This document shows, one piece after another, positions 52,401-64,000 of a DNA stretch of 64,000 bases. The stretch is from Bugula neritina (Eukaryota; Animalia; Bryozoa). The first letter of the stretch is position 1, and every line of letters starts with the position of its first letter. A program made the position numbers and the translations under genes. The notes below the pieces were generated by a model. That model was not told the DNA's origin. It made no database searches and saw only the letters and a program-made list of their open reading frames with translations. The stretch spans positions 7,694,973-7,758,972 of the forward strand of contig OZ037770.1 of assembly GCA_964035545.1 (NCBI GenBank). The letters are read 5' to 3'.

Positions 52401-53461
52401 GATTTTGTCATCTTCCCTCCAAGATGGTCTGTACAGGAGCACACATTTAGACCTCCTTACTACCACAGTAAGTCACTAGCTGTTCAGTTACTCATAGTGT
52501 AGTGGGTACACTGAGTCATAGTGAGTGCGCTGAGTCATAGTAAGTCATAGTGAGTACATGGAGTCATAGTGATTACACTTAGTCATAGTGAGTGCACTGA
52601 GTCATAGTGAGTACAGGGAGTCATAGTGAGTATACTGGGTCATAGTGAGTACACTGAGTCATAGTGAGTACGCTGAGTCATAGTTGAGTGGGCTGATTTT
52701 TGCACAATGCAATGCATGAATAATAATTTACTCAAACCTAACCTTAATATTTCACAGTAATAATTCCTAATCAGCCGCAGTTTGTGAAAATAGTCTATTG
52801 CTTGAGTGGTTTTGCAATTTCTGCAGGCTGTAGGTACTTTGTTCCTTAATTTTGAGGTAACTTGAATTTTTTTAAAAAGCCTCAGGCAGTAGTAGCATTC
52901 GGGGAAATGGTCCACATCAGCTCATTCAAGTGCCTTTGCTTCAGGGAACTGCATGAGTGAGTTTATGGGACTGATCAAAGGTAACTATGAAGCTAAAGAA
53001 GAAGGTTTTGCACCAGGGGGAGCCACTCTTCATAGCATGATGACACCACATGGACCAGATGCTGCGTGCTTTGATAAAAATTCTAATATGAAGCTACAAG
53101 CAGAAAAGATTGCAGTTGGCACAATGGTATGTTTCATTAAATAGTTGGTTCATTAGTAGTTTAGTAGTAAGAATCTCAAGGTCCTGGAACAATTATGCTG
53201 CCCCCCCCCCCCCCCCCCCCCCCGTGAATGAGGTGTTAACTAGTTGAAAGTTCTAGCGTATTAGTCATAGTGTGCTGGTGAAGTTTGTGTCACAATTGTG
53301 AATTGTTGTAGGCGTTTATGTTTGAGTCTTGCTACTCGATGACTGTCACTGATTGGGGGAACACGATATGCGAGAAGGTACAACCTGATTACATCAACTG
53401 CTGGAGCACCATCATTAAGCATTTCACTGGACCAGCTGCAGTTACTGGAGACTCTCACTAA
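46471..53461 (+). CDS. HGD: Homogentisate 1,2-dioxygenase
   Basis: Exons 46471-46488, 46681-46752, 47208-47296, 47602-47707, 48375-48546, 49888-49967, 50615-50714, 51018-51136, 51839-51943, 52341-52467, 52945-53126, 53312-53461 in phase; [84 protein letters not shown]. Confidence 0.96.
47851..48070. repeat. 26-bp (2x13) AT-rich minisatellite
   Basis: ttgtgatatataattgtagtatatat units in an HGD intron. Confidence 0.9.
50312..50614. repeat. 22-bp minisatellite ending at the HGD exon 7 acceptor
   Basis: gttacactcagtgtgttgcatt units. Confidence 0.9.
52492..52690. repeat. 19-bp minisatellite (gagtcatagtgagtacact)
   Basis: Read directly; follows the HGD exon 10 donor. Confidence 0.88.
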
Positions 53462-54444
53462 GTAGTCGCATTAACAGCTTCTGAACCCAACAACTTTATC
53501 TTTCATGATAGTTCTTTATATGCAAAAGTTTTTAATAGCAAATTATTTGGAACAGTTGTTATCATTTGCAGTAACACATCCCAATTCTGTACCTTCTATT
53601 CGGTTATTATGACTCATAAGTCATTCCATCTCTCTGACTCATATGTTTAGTCATATTAACTATTATTTTTCTTCAGACTATCATGGTTTTATACCTGGAC
53701 TATATCCACTTTCGTTCACCTTCAATGTTCCTAACCATTATGCGCGGTGTTACTGTGGTCAGTCAGTTGCTGTGAAATGGTTCCTAAACCATCATTTTAC
53801 TTTTATGAACTGCTTTATGTTTAATGCCATTACTGCAATTTATTATAGGGTTAAACCGGTTTGCTTTGTTTTTGTGCTCTTATTTACACTGTTTTTCAAG
53901 TATTCTATACTATTTACTGGGTGAGGCAGCTATTTGTACAAGTTTGTATTGTTTATATTCTACTATATTTGTGACTGTGGGTGTTAAGTTTTATTATAGG
54001 GTATCGTAAGGCAGCTATGGTACTTTACAACCTGAATAATACATATCAATATTATTATAATTGTTTTAGTTACATATATGGGGTTATTTTTCTTCTGGTT
54101 TTGAAAAAACATGGCATGAATAAAACTACATTACAGCATGTTCAACAGATAATTATTCCTCGCATGTTGCACACAAATAACTCAATATTAATATACATAT
54201 ATATGGAATTTACTTTGTAAATCCTGGTGACAAGGTAGCTCAGTAACTTTTGAGATAGAATTTATCTTCTCCTGTTTCATATTTAGAAAGCATTTTTGAG
54301 GTTAGTTTAACCAAAAAACAAAGTGTGGATAAAATAGGCAATAAGTCAATACTTGGATTTTAGATTCCGAGTCATAATTTTTAGTGGTGTTTTCGTTTTT
54401 GTGACAAGCTATTAATTTGTTTACCAAGTCGAGTGGTCGACTGG

Positions 54445-57400
54445 CTATGATTGGTTGTAATACTCATCCCTGACTTTTTGTAATGCCCTTGCAATACTCT
54501 CAGCAGTTTTGTTCATGTCTACTGCATTAGAATCCTCTTTGTATATTGGTTGGACAACTCCTAGGGACAGATGATATATGTTATATAGTTTCACTCTGCA
54601 TAGCATTCTATGACGTGCACCTATTTTCAATAACATCTAATATTAAGTCAAGCGAATGAAAAGCTTGTAGTAGCAAACACTATAATATTATCTAAGTATG
54701 ATATCATGCTAGAATTTCTTTCACCATTTCTTTCATGCTGCCATAAATGGTATAGAGAACATGGTTAGACTGAACATTGAGACACCACATGGCATAACCA
54801 CACTTCAGGTGCTATACAGCTGCAAGTATTACCGTCATTGGAGTTGATTTCATGATTTTCTGATGGTACGGAATCATCGGAATCCCCAAACAGCTCCTTC
54901 ACTATCTGTCTTCCTTTCTCCTCCAAAGTGTAGTTGTAGTCACGTGTTCCATTCTCCACTTTAATAGCTAGTGCTGTATAGTTAACCTATTGTATGTAAT
55001 TAAAAGTTGTAAATGAATATGAAGCACATTACTTCAATTAAATTTTTGATTGGGCATATTATCTACATTTGTTAAAAACAGATTTAATTAATCATTTTTA
55101 TATGTTTTATTTAGCAATTAATGCAACTTGATATCATTTTTTTAATTTTACATGATTTGTTAAACAAGTGTTCATGCAACAAAATATACTAACGAAATGA
55201 ACCAACAAGATAAATCATACGACCACCAATACACTGCACCAGCTCAGCATGTTTCCAGTATTCCTTTCTACAAGTACCTTGGAATAAAATTACTGATGCA
55301 ACTAACACTAATAAATGACTACTACTAGGGACTAATACTAATATAACACTAATAAATGACTACTACTAGGGACTAATACTAATATAACACTAATAAATGA
55401 CTACTACTAGGGACTAATACTAATATAATACTAATAAATGACTACTACTAGGGACTAAATACTAATATAATACTAATAAATGGCTACTACTAGAGACTAA
55501 GTACTAATATAATACTAATAATGCCAGTGAGTCAATAAGCTTTCAGAATTTTTCTAATTTACTGATACATAATATATACCTAAAAATAAATTATTTTAAC
55601 CAATATATTATATTTCAAAACACTTACAATAATAAAGCTAAGGATGCTCGTAGCTGGTTTGATGTTTTACATATGCAGCTGCTTTAATGAAAGCCTATTT
55701 TCATGGTGTATGGTGTTTAGATATACATACAGTTGGTAAATCACCTTGTTTATTATACTTTTAATATCTTGTTGATACCAGGGCTTCTCCCTAGTTCTAT
55801 GCTGTTCCTCCAGCTGTGCTACCATCCTGGTGTAGTTAGTAAGATCCCAGTCTTTGGTGTAATCCACTCTCCCCCTTCCTAGCAGGATGTAGAAAGAACA
55901 GAAGAAACTGCATCATATGTAACACTATATTACATCAATAATTTTATGTTGAACTTAAGTGCAAACTTTTAGATGCGCAGAAAAAACTTTAAGGTTTTTT
56001 CTGCACATCTAAAGAAATGATTTGGTGTAGTTTACAATGTAGAATGTATTAGAATGATGAAAAGTCATGACTAGTATCAAGATAGGGTTATGGTAATATA
56101 TAGTTGCTTTATAATTTTGCTATAGGGTAGCAAGCAGGCTACAAAATCTAAAAGTAAGCAACTCCCAAATTTAAGAAAATAAATTTAATGAGCACAGTAT
56201 ACCTACATCTTATAAAATAAAACACATTGCATAAAACAATGGCTATTTCTTGGAGAAGTTATCATTTTATGTGCAATCTTTTTACTTGGAAAGACTATAT
56301 TTTTTACATATTCCATGTAAAATACAAATGGTGCTTCACTATGACATTTAAAAGCATTTTTACTATTGTAGGTACACTACTTTAAATACACGAAGTATAA
56401 ATATATAATCCTGATCACCAATTGACCTATTTAATAACCTACTCATGAGACAACCAACTTACCTACCTAAAGATCTGTCTACCTAATTTTTTACACATTT
56501 ACCTTCTGATCACCTGGTTAACCTAACTATGTAAACCAGCCCTCACAGCTGAACTACCAGGTTCTGTGAGCTTACTTACAAAATTCACTCACTTTGCTCT
56601 ATTGAAACATTAACTTGCTGAATCAGCCAATCAGAGTCAAACTTCTTGAACCAGGGAATTGTCACATTATCATTCGTGTTTGTAGTGGCTGTCGTTGTCA
56701 TAGCAACTTGCTGAGTGCTGGAAAGAGCTGACTTCGTTGTGGTAGTTGACCTGGTAAATTCTGGTGGATAAAATGGAGGAAACACAACTGGAGGTTTTAC
56801 TATCGTCTCTGATGGTTGCAATCGAGTGGTAGGAGATATAATGCTAGTTGCTTGAGAAGGTGTACTCAATGTTGTAAGCAATGCATTAAGCAGGCTAGCT
56901 GGGCTAGCATGTTGATTAGTCGTTCTTGTAGATTTTGTAGACAGCATACCTGTAGTTTGGGCAGTGGGTGATGCAGCCCGCTTAGGTGTAAGAAGATTCA
57001 GTTTAGTCGCCGATGTTGGTAGAGTGCTTGCTGTAGTTACTGTAGTTGGCATCGTAGTTGTTGTAGTAGGTAATGTGGTTACTGTAGTGGGTATTGTAGT
57101 TGTTGTAGTAGGTGATGTGGTTACTGTAGTGGGTATTGTAGTTGTTGTAGTAGGTGATGTGGTTACTGTAGTGGGTATTGTAGTTGCCGTAGTTGGAATT
57201 GCAGTTAATCTATTAGATAGTGTAGTTACGGTGGTTGGTAAGGAAGCTACTGTGAATGGTGTCGTCATTGTAACAAGTAGAACTGTTGGTTTGCTAAAAG
57301 GTAAGATTTGAGAAAACGAAGTTGACAGAGTTGGGGGTTTTAAAGTTGTAAATGCTGCCACAGCTTGTGTTGCAGTTTCTAGTGATGTTTTTTTTGTCTG

Positions 57401-58811
57401 TTTGGTGTTTATAGTTGTAGCGACTGTAGTTGTTTGTGTAGAGGTACTAATGGCCAATGTTACTTGTGTGGGTATTGTAGTCACAGGGTGTATGGTTGTT
57501 GTCTCCTTACTCACTCTCTCTGCGTTGGTTGTCCCTGATGAGGTGGTAGTTGTGTACTTGATGGGTTTGGCTCCAGTAACTTTTGACATACTCTTCAGTT
57601 TACGGTTTGTAATGCACACCCTCAACATTTTTCGATTAGGAAATATTTTGTGATTATCACAGTCCAGCAGTTCATTTATCTCCAATAGATTTATTCCACA
57701 TGTTTTCTACAAAAAGTCCATTTAAAACATCTATTCGGTACAAAATGTCCAACATAACTCCGGCTAAAATAATTAAAACAATTTATAGACAACATGTTAT
57801 ACTAAGTCACGAATAATTTATAAACAGGGCAAGATGAAAGAGGAGTGTTGGTAATCTTTGATGTACCTCTACTAGCCGACAAGCTGGTTGACATGGTCTA
57901 ATTTCAAAGGAAGACCTTTTTCTGCATTTAGGGGCAAATGCTAAGCAAAGAAATGGACGGAGCAAATCGTTGCACTTTGCAGACTGTGACATGGTTTTTG
58001 TTAAATAAGCAATCTTAGCCTGGGCATCCTGTTGTCCTTCATGATTCACTGATGTGGACGTATACCCGAACCCTAAAAAAAAGTTATATAAACCATGAAA
58101 TACTGAATGTGAACTAAATTGTAGATGATTGACAGAAACATTTATATTTTGTCAAAGTGAAGCTAAACTGTAATATGTCAAAAGGCACTTGATATTAGGA
58201 TAACAACTTACAACTTAAGTATCTTCGAAATGAATAGCATAATGACAGTGAGCCTCGTGAAAAATGAAACTTTCTCTAGTAGGACTTGTTTAGTAGCTTA
58301 CTTTGCAGTGTTAGTAACTCAGTTAGCTTTGTGAGTTTAAACCTATCTTCGTTAAAAAGTCTAACAATATGATTATAGTACTTTGAAGGATGCTGTGTTT
58401 GAGAACTGAAATATTCCTTGAAGATTCATTGTCAACAAGAAACTTTGTTTAGTAGGTGAAGGTTATTTGGCATACACTTTCTGAATCTTAAGTCAAAGAA
58501 AACCTTATGAAGAATATCATTTATTTAATATGTTAACTTTGCCTGGTTAGCAAAATCAGTTTATGAACATCCATGAACCAACAGTGAGCTCTCTAAATAA
58601 ATGAAAATGACATGCCAAAGAACTTACATTGATTGTCAAAGAGCTTACCTTAATGTGCCAAAGAACTTACATTAATGTGTCAAAGAGCTTACCTTAATGT
58701 GTCAAAGAACTTACCTTGACAGAGTGGAATAGTCAACTCAAAGCATGGCAGACCTACAACTCTGCATGGCAGAAGACAGAGAGTAGTAAGAAGAATGAGT
58801 GTAAGTGACAT
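54445..58811 (-). CDS. Secreted Frizzled-CRD protein with Thr-rich mucin stalk and unrecognised C-terminal region
   Basis: Exons 58811-58715, 58072-57867, 57706-56593, 55878-55745, 55277-55224, 54986-54833, 54560-54445 join in phase. Signal peptide; CFELTIPLCQGFGYTST...KCNDLLRPFLCLAFAPKC...RPCQPAC...C...LDC..FP...C is the CRD pattern. The last four exons are less certain. Confidence 0.75.
55305..55522. repeat. 41-bp tandem repeat (~5 copies)
   Basis: actaataaatgactactactagggactaatactaatataac units. Confidence 0.9.
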
Positions 58812-59045
58812 GACAGGCCAGTGTTAGTGCTCTGTATGTACTGGCAAGTGCTAAATATATTGCTATCTCTACATGTGTTTATACTAGATATGCAATAGTG
58901 TAGGATTACACAATATCATTTAACAAGTAAAACTCTTTTTTAATCAAGAACATGTGTGCAGTGCTATATTTTACAGTCTAGCAGAGAGCTACATGATTCA
59001 CTGACATTGTGAGATTTAGTGATATGGTTTACTTCATGTGGCATG

Positions 59046-59111
<66 letters not shown>

Positions 59112-59526
59112 CATATAGAGATCTGTATTAAGTGAAGCTACATGCTTCAGCTTATACTGAATCAACAAATAAGCCAGTTGTGTACTCTCTAAAGATATAT
59201 CCCAAAATATACTCGAAATATTTTGTTCTGAGTGCAGATTTTATTATTTTTCAATACAACAGAATGGCACAGCATGTGAATTTAAAAGTGCACAAACATG
59301 TTGTATCTATTGTAAGGACATGTTCATGAATTATAAAACAATAAATATAAATATGTTTTCTTTATGTTTTAATGATTCAAAACTACTACAGCTTTTTTGT
59401 TGTTTAAAGTGCTAAAACTTTTACATGCATATCATATGGAAAGTATAACAAACTATTTCTCTCAGCAGTTGAGCCCAATATAGGTCAAGTCTAATATTAT
59501 AGATCTCAAGCTAAGATGGTCAAGAG

Positions 59527-61674
59527 TTACTGAGTATACACTACTTTGCAGTAGCACTCATCAACATCAACCCCTTCATCTCTGGCGCATGGCCGCAGGG
59601 AACACATGCTATTTGTAGAAACACTGAAGCTACAGCATTTTTGAGACTTGGCGCAGAGATAGCCGCATGTTTCAATAATGTTGCTGCGGTTGGTTACAGG
59701 GAACACATCAAACGCCGATGGTATCCTGCAAGAAGAGTGCTTTTGGAACAAGAAATGACCGTGGACGGTGGGAGTGTTATTTGTGGGTTCTGGTGGGATT
59801 GTTGGACAAGTGTACTTGGAAAGAGTTTGGTTGAGCTCTTTTCTCCCTGTAACAAATTTATACAATAAATTTCTTTAATAACTCTTTAATAAATAAGATA
59901 GTTACGGCGAAATGCAATCATTCACAGTAAAAGATTTAAGTGCCAAATAATATTATTTCCAGAACTTTATAAATTATTTGATTCTTAACCTAATGACAGC
60001 TACATAGGTCATGCAGATTAGTTTACTACAAAACCTCCTCAACCTGAGAGAGTGATCCATACCTTAGTAACTGGAAATTATTATTTTGAATTTGGCTTGC
60101 AATTTTATCACTTCAGAAGTTATTTATCATTATTAAATTGTTTAACGTATCCTATAATTTACATTAGCTGTGAACTTACTTTCCTTAAGGAAACTAATCG
60201 GAGCCTGTCAATACCTTTATAAACATGACCACTTGAACTAGGACTACATTTGTATATTGTTTGCTTACACTACGTGTTACTAGATTAAAGCCACACACTA
60301 CTATAATGAGGGAAACACATTTTGAGTAGACAATTCCAAAATGCTATATCCACCATGTCATATCTTTAGCCCTACAATTATATACATGAATGTTACAAGC
60401 TTCAATACCCTCTTACCTCCAGCTAGCTTCTGGCAAAAGAATGTAGCCTGAGAATTCTGCCTGTTAACCATTAGCCCTAGGCCAGTGAGCAGCCAGGATA
60501 CGCTATGGGTGGAGACGTTGTTCTTTAGAGACTGGCCATCCGCTAGCTTGTACTGCTCTGTCTCAGCATACGCCACTCGGACGTGCATTCTGCCACACAA
60601 GTAAACTGAAAGGAGATAAGATTATAACCTACATTAAACTCAACCATCCTGCTGTGTAACACAACCTGTAACTCAGCATTGAAAATAGCTACTGACTATA
60701 TTCATATAGGGTATAAAATACTTTACAGAATAACTTAATAGTATTACATAATATAAAGTATAAAATGGGATGTTATACAGTATGACATGATATAAAGCAA
60801 AAAGTGATACATTGTAAATATATAGTATAACATGGTATAATACAACAGATATTGTATTATGATGTAATATAATATGATGCCATATGTAATATAATATATA
60901 ACATTATGCAATACAAAATAACATACTGTTAAACACGTAACAGCAGAATAAAGTGCAATATGACATAACGTATAAATATATGATCAAAATAGTTTGTTGA
61001 GTTTCAGTGGGTTTTGGGGCAAGCTAGAGTATAATCTTTAATAAAGCATATTCACATCTTCTGCTGGTCATTATATTAGTCACGGTAAACAGCTTGAAAT
61101 CATCATGAGACTATTTTAACAGGTTTTTCTCAAGTCATGCTTGCTTAGATTCCTGTGATATAAACTTTTTTTCAGTTCTATAGCAATATCAAAAATGCAA
61201 TTAAAAGCTCAAAAGTTTGTATCTGTATTTTTGTTGAGTGCAATTATAAGATCCAATTAAATTACAACAATGAGTTTGGGAAAATTGTATGTTTTAGCAA
61301 GTAAAATTAACAGACACTTCATCTTTTAATTATAATATGTCAATTAATATAGAGTGTGTCTGAGAAGCTGTGTGCAGTACCATTTAACCATGTTATGTTC
61401 ATCAGCTACATATCATGAATGTTATTAGTTACTCACTGCAATCTTCCTTAAACCATTCTACCAGGTAGTCCAATACAGACTTAGACTGGACGCTGGCCAC
61501 CATAGCACTCTGACTTCTACACATAGCCACTGCATAGTCAAATGGCACAGGCATCTCTCCGTAATACCAGTAGCAGTAGTTGCTGAAATATCTCCATGGC
61601 GAGGTGCAGTTAGACAGCCCCGACACTGACTGTGTATGATACAGCAGTGTGTAGAATATGACAAGAATTCTCAT
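59527..61674 (-). CDS. Secreted protein with divergent C-type-lectin-like domain and C-terminal PAN/apple-like module
   Basis: Exons 61674-61437, 60605-60417, 59846-59527. Signal peptide; CTSPWRYFSNYCY...FDYAVAMCRSQSAMVASV...FFCQ; then ETCGYLCAKSQKCCSFS...CSL. Confidence 0.7.
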
Positions 61675-62242
61675 TGCAGTTCAGAACCAGCAAAATAATG
61701 ATTTGCTTCACAAAGTGCTGCTTGGAAAATTGTGAATTCAAAAAAGTGATAGAAAGGCTTCAAATAAAAGGATTCAGCTAGCATCTGCAGAGCTCAGGAT
61801 CTTATCTTGAGCAATCTATACTTCCTCACTGACTCTTCTCAGAATGCTGATATTGCAAGTTATTTTAGAAAAAATCTGCCTTTTCAATTTACTTGGTAAA
61901 AGTTGAAGTGGGGTGTACGTTGGTCAAGAGATAACGGCATTTCAATAAAGCAGTTATTAAATCCTGTAAGAAATCGATTACAATATTTTACAAGTTTCTT
62001 TCAAGGGCATCTAGGTAATAGAATGTATTGACATTTATCTCTGCATTCAATACTCAATCTCTGCAATTGGTAGAAAAAGATTGGAATAATTTGTGTTTCA
62101 CAATGCATTTTAAAAGGCAATTCTATTGCATCTCTTAAGAGAAGAAAATATATCACAATTAAAATAGATACATGTAACGTTTATGATGATAATGCCAGGT
62201 GGTGAAACAGCAGTACTGATACACACACACGAGAGAACACGC

Positions 62243-62540
62243 GGTGTGGACCATGGTACTCTGTTCTGTGCTGATGAAGGGACAAATCTCAAAACAGCTG
62301 CTTTCCGAAGATTGAGATATAATGCTTTCACTTTATGCTTAGCAATGACATTCAGTGACTGAGCTCTCTAACCATGGTCACAACTCAAGCTGCTAGCATT
62401 TTGCAGGGCAGAATCACTCGATCTCTCTGGATTAGTTTAGATCAGTTTCTACTGTTGCGAAGGTGTGGGCCATGGTACTATGTTCTGGGCTGATGAGGGG
62501 ACAAATTCCAAAACAGCGACTGTCCACAGATTGAGATATA
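62243..62540 (+). mobile_element. Diverged tandem (hammerhead-spacer-hammerhead) copy of the retrozyme-like repeat
   Basis: Hammerhead-like motifs at 62266-62310 and 62485-62529 (219-bp period), both with GAAA changed to AAAA; spacer is homologous to the minus strand of 8740-8948 with an internal deletion. Confidence 0.8.
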
Positions 62541-64000
62541 TAATTAAAATGTTTTATGTTACATATTATTATATAATTATTTAACTATTTAAACAACAGC
62601 ACTTCTTGGGTTAGCATACTCTCTAGGTCTTTACTGTAGAATGCTGCCAATTAAATGCTACTCTATTACATGTAATTAAAGTAACTTTCTGTTTTCACGG
62701 TATAATTGTAGAAATTTATATTCACAGGCTGTGAAGTTAACCATAGCATAGCTACTTGTAGACTAGCTGGTACCCTGCCTTGCACATCAGGTTTAGATGT
62801 CCATAGTAGAAAAACCTTTATTACCTGCGATTGCCATGACTAGACTTCAAAAGACTGTCCTGGAGATAGACAACTCCAAATACCAACTAGTCATCTGCTG
62901 AACAAGTACTTCAGTTTCTCAAAGTCCACCAGTCAGATACAAAGTAATTAAATGGATGTTGAATTATGAGATCTTAAAACCTCTCACTGCATGGCAGCTG
63001 AGTGTTCAATAAATTCTGAAAAAATAGCCTTTTTATTAAATAGCACATAATTTATTTATGCTTTCATTTGAAACTATGTTGCGTTTAAAAATAAAGGCTA
63101 TTTTTTGAATTGAATATTTTATCTAAAGGTATCTATTTCTATTCTAATCTAATCTATTTCTCATTTGTTACATAACAACCATTGCAAAAATTGCCTTCAA
63201 TCGTATTTGTAAAAACTAGCCGTTCAAATCTCAATGAAACTATCTCTAACAAAAGATACAGCAAGAAAAGATAAGCAGATCATCAGTTATAGTGTCTGTT
63301 GGGGCTACTGGAAGGGCTAGGGGAAATTTTTGCAAAATGGAAGCAGCCTTTGAGGAAATAGTTGCATCTTCTGATATAAGATATACGTATTGCTGATTAC
63401 CAGAGTACTGTTGTGTGGATGACAGGTGATGCTAAACAACAACTTTTAAGAAATAGCAATCAATCACAGCATGAAATTTAAAAAAGTTACAAATGACAGC
63501 ATTGATGCCAAAGTCTAAATCATAAAACTAATTAGCAACTGTTAAAAAAGGCATTGACTATAAGAACAGAAGATATTGTGCCTCTGCAGTATTGTAAGGT
63601 GCACTACCTGGTGAGAAGTAGAAGGTTTTGACATAATATACTATTTTTGTGGGCAAAAAATAACAAAAATAGTAAATGTTTTATCATTGTGTACAGAAGG
63701 TGTTGACTCACAACAATGATTTAATATATTATCCATCGTCTTTTTTCTCAAAGTTGCAGTCTTCAGTCAACTTTCACCAGTGCAAGATGTGCATCACAGT
63801 ACACACAGCAGCAGAGCAGTTTAATGAGTCATATATGTTAAACAATACGTGTAATGACACTACCTGCTTAGAAGCACAACCGTTTGACACAAGTTATAAA
63901 TTCTCAAAATATGGAGATTTCTACTTCATTTTACGAAAGTGTTGCTGAATGCGGCACTCACTATGGTAAGTTTGTTCCTTCAACTTTCTTTAACTAGTTA

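Noticed and set aside
63676-63970. Possible first exon (ATG 63912, MEISTSFYESVAECGTHY, donor gtaagt near 63966)
   Set aside because: Too short and cut off by the window edge to support.

Overview
AT-rich, intron-containing invertebrate animal DNA. Six host genes can be assembled by hand from GT-AG exons with consistent phases: a RING-finger protein (+, 5'-incomplete), a Ski/SnoN corepressor (+), YIPF3 (-, intronless CDS), homogentisate 1,2-dioxygenase (+, 12 coding exons), a secreted Frizzled-CRD/mucin protein (-) and a secreted C-type-lectin/PAN-like protein (-). A 7.85-kb Ty3/Gypsy LTR element (-, 37776-45622) has identical 306-bp LTRs, an ATAA TSD, a tRNA-Leu PBS and a candidate -1 frameshift signal, yet pol carries an in-frame stop and a MITE in integrase. 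Two observations stand out. (1) In the env position the element has an ATG-less third ORF (zinc finger, Arg/Ser-Pro tract, coiled coil) that a phase-matched splice would join to the first 14 gag codons. (2) A ~270-bp repeat family carries a type I hammerhead ribozyme (4 ribozyme copies, one tandem pair) and sits in (TA)n tracts, resembling non-LTR retrozymes or Penelope-derived repeats. Also present: a tRNA-derived SINE family, a FLYWCH-bearing Mutator-like family with 8-bp TSDs, CMC-like and PIF/Harbinger-like MITEs, an RTE-like LINE relic and many minisatellites. All family assignments come from motif recognition by eye; no database search was run.
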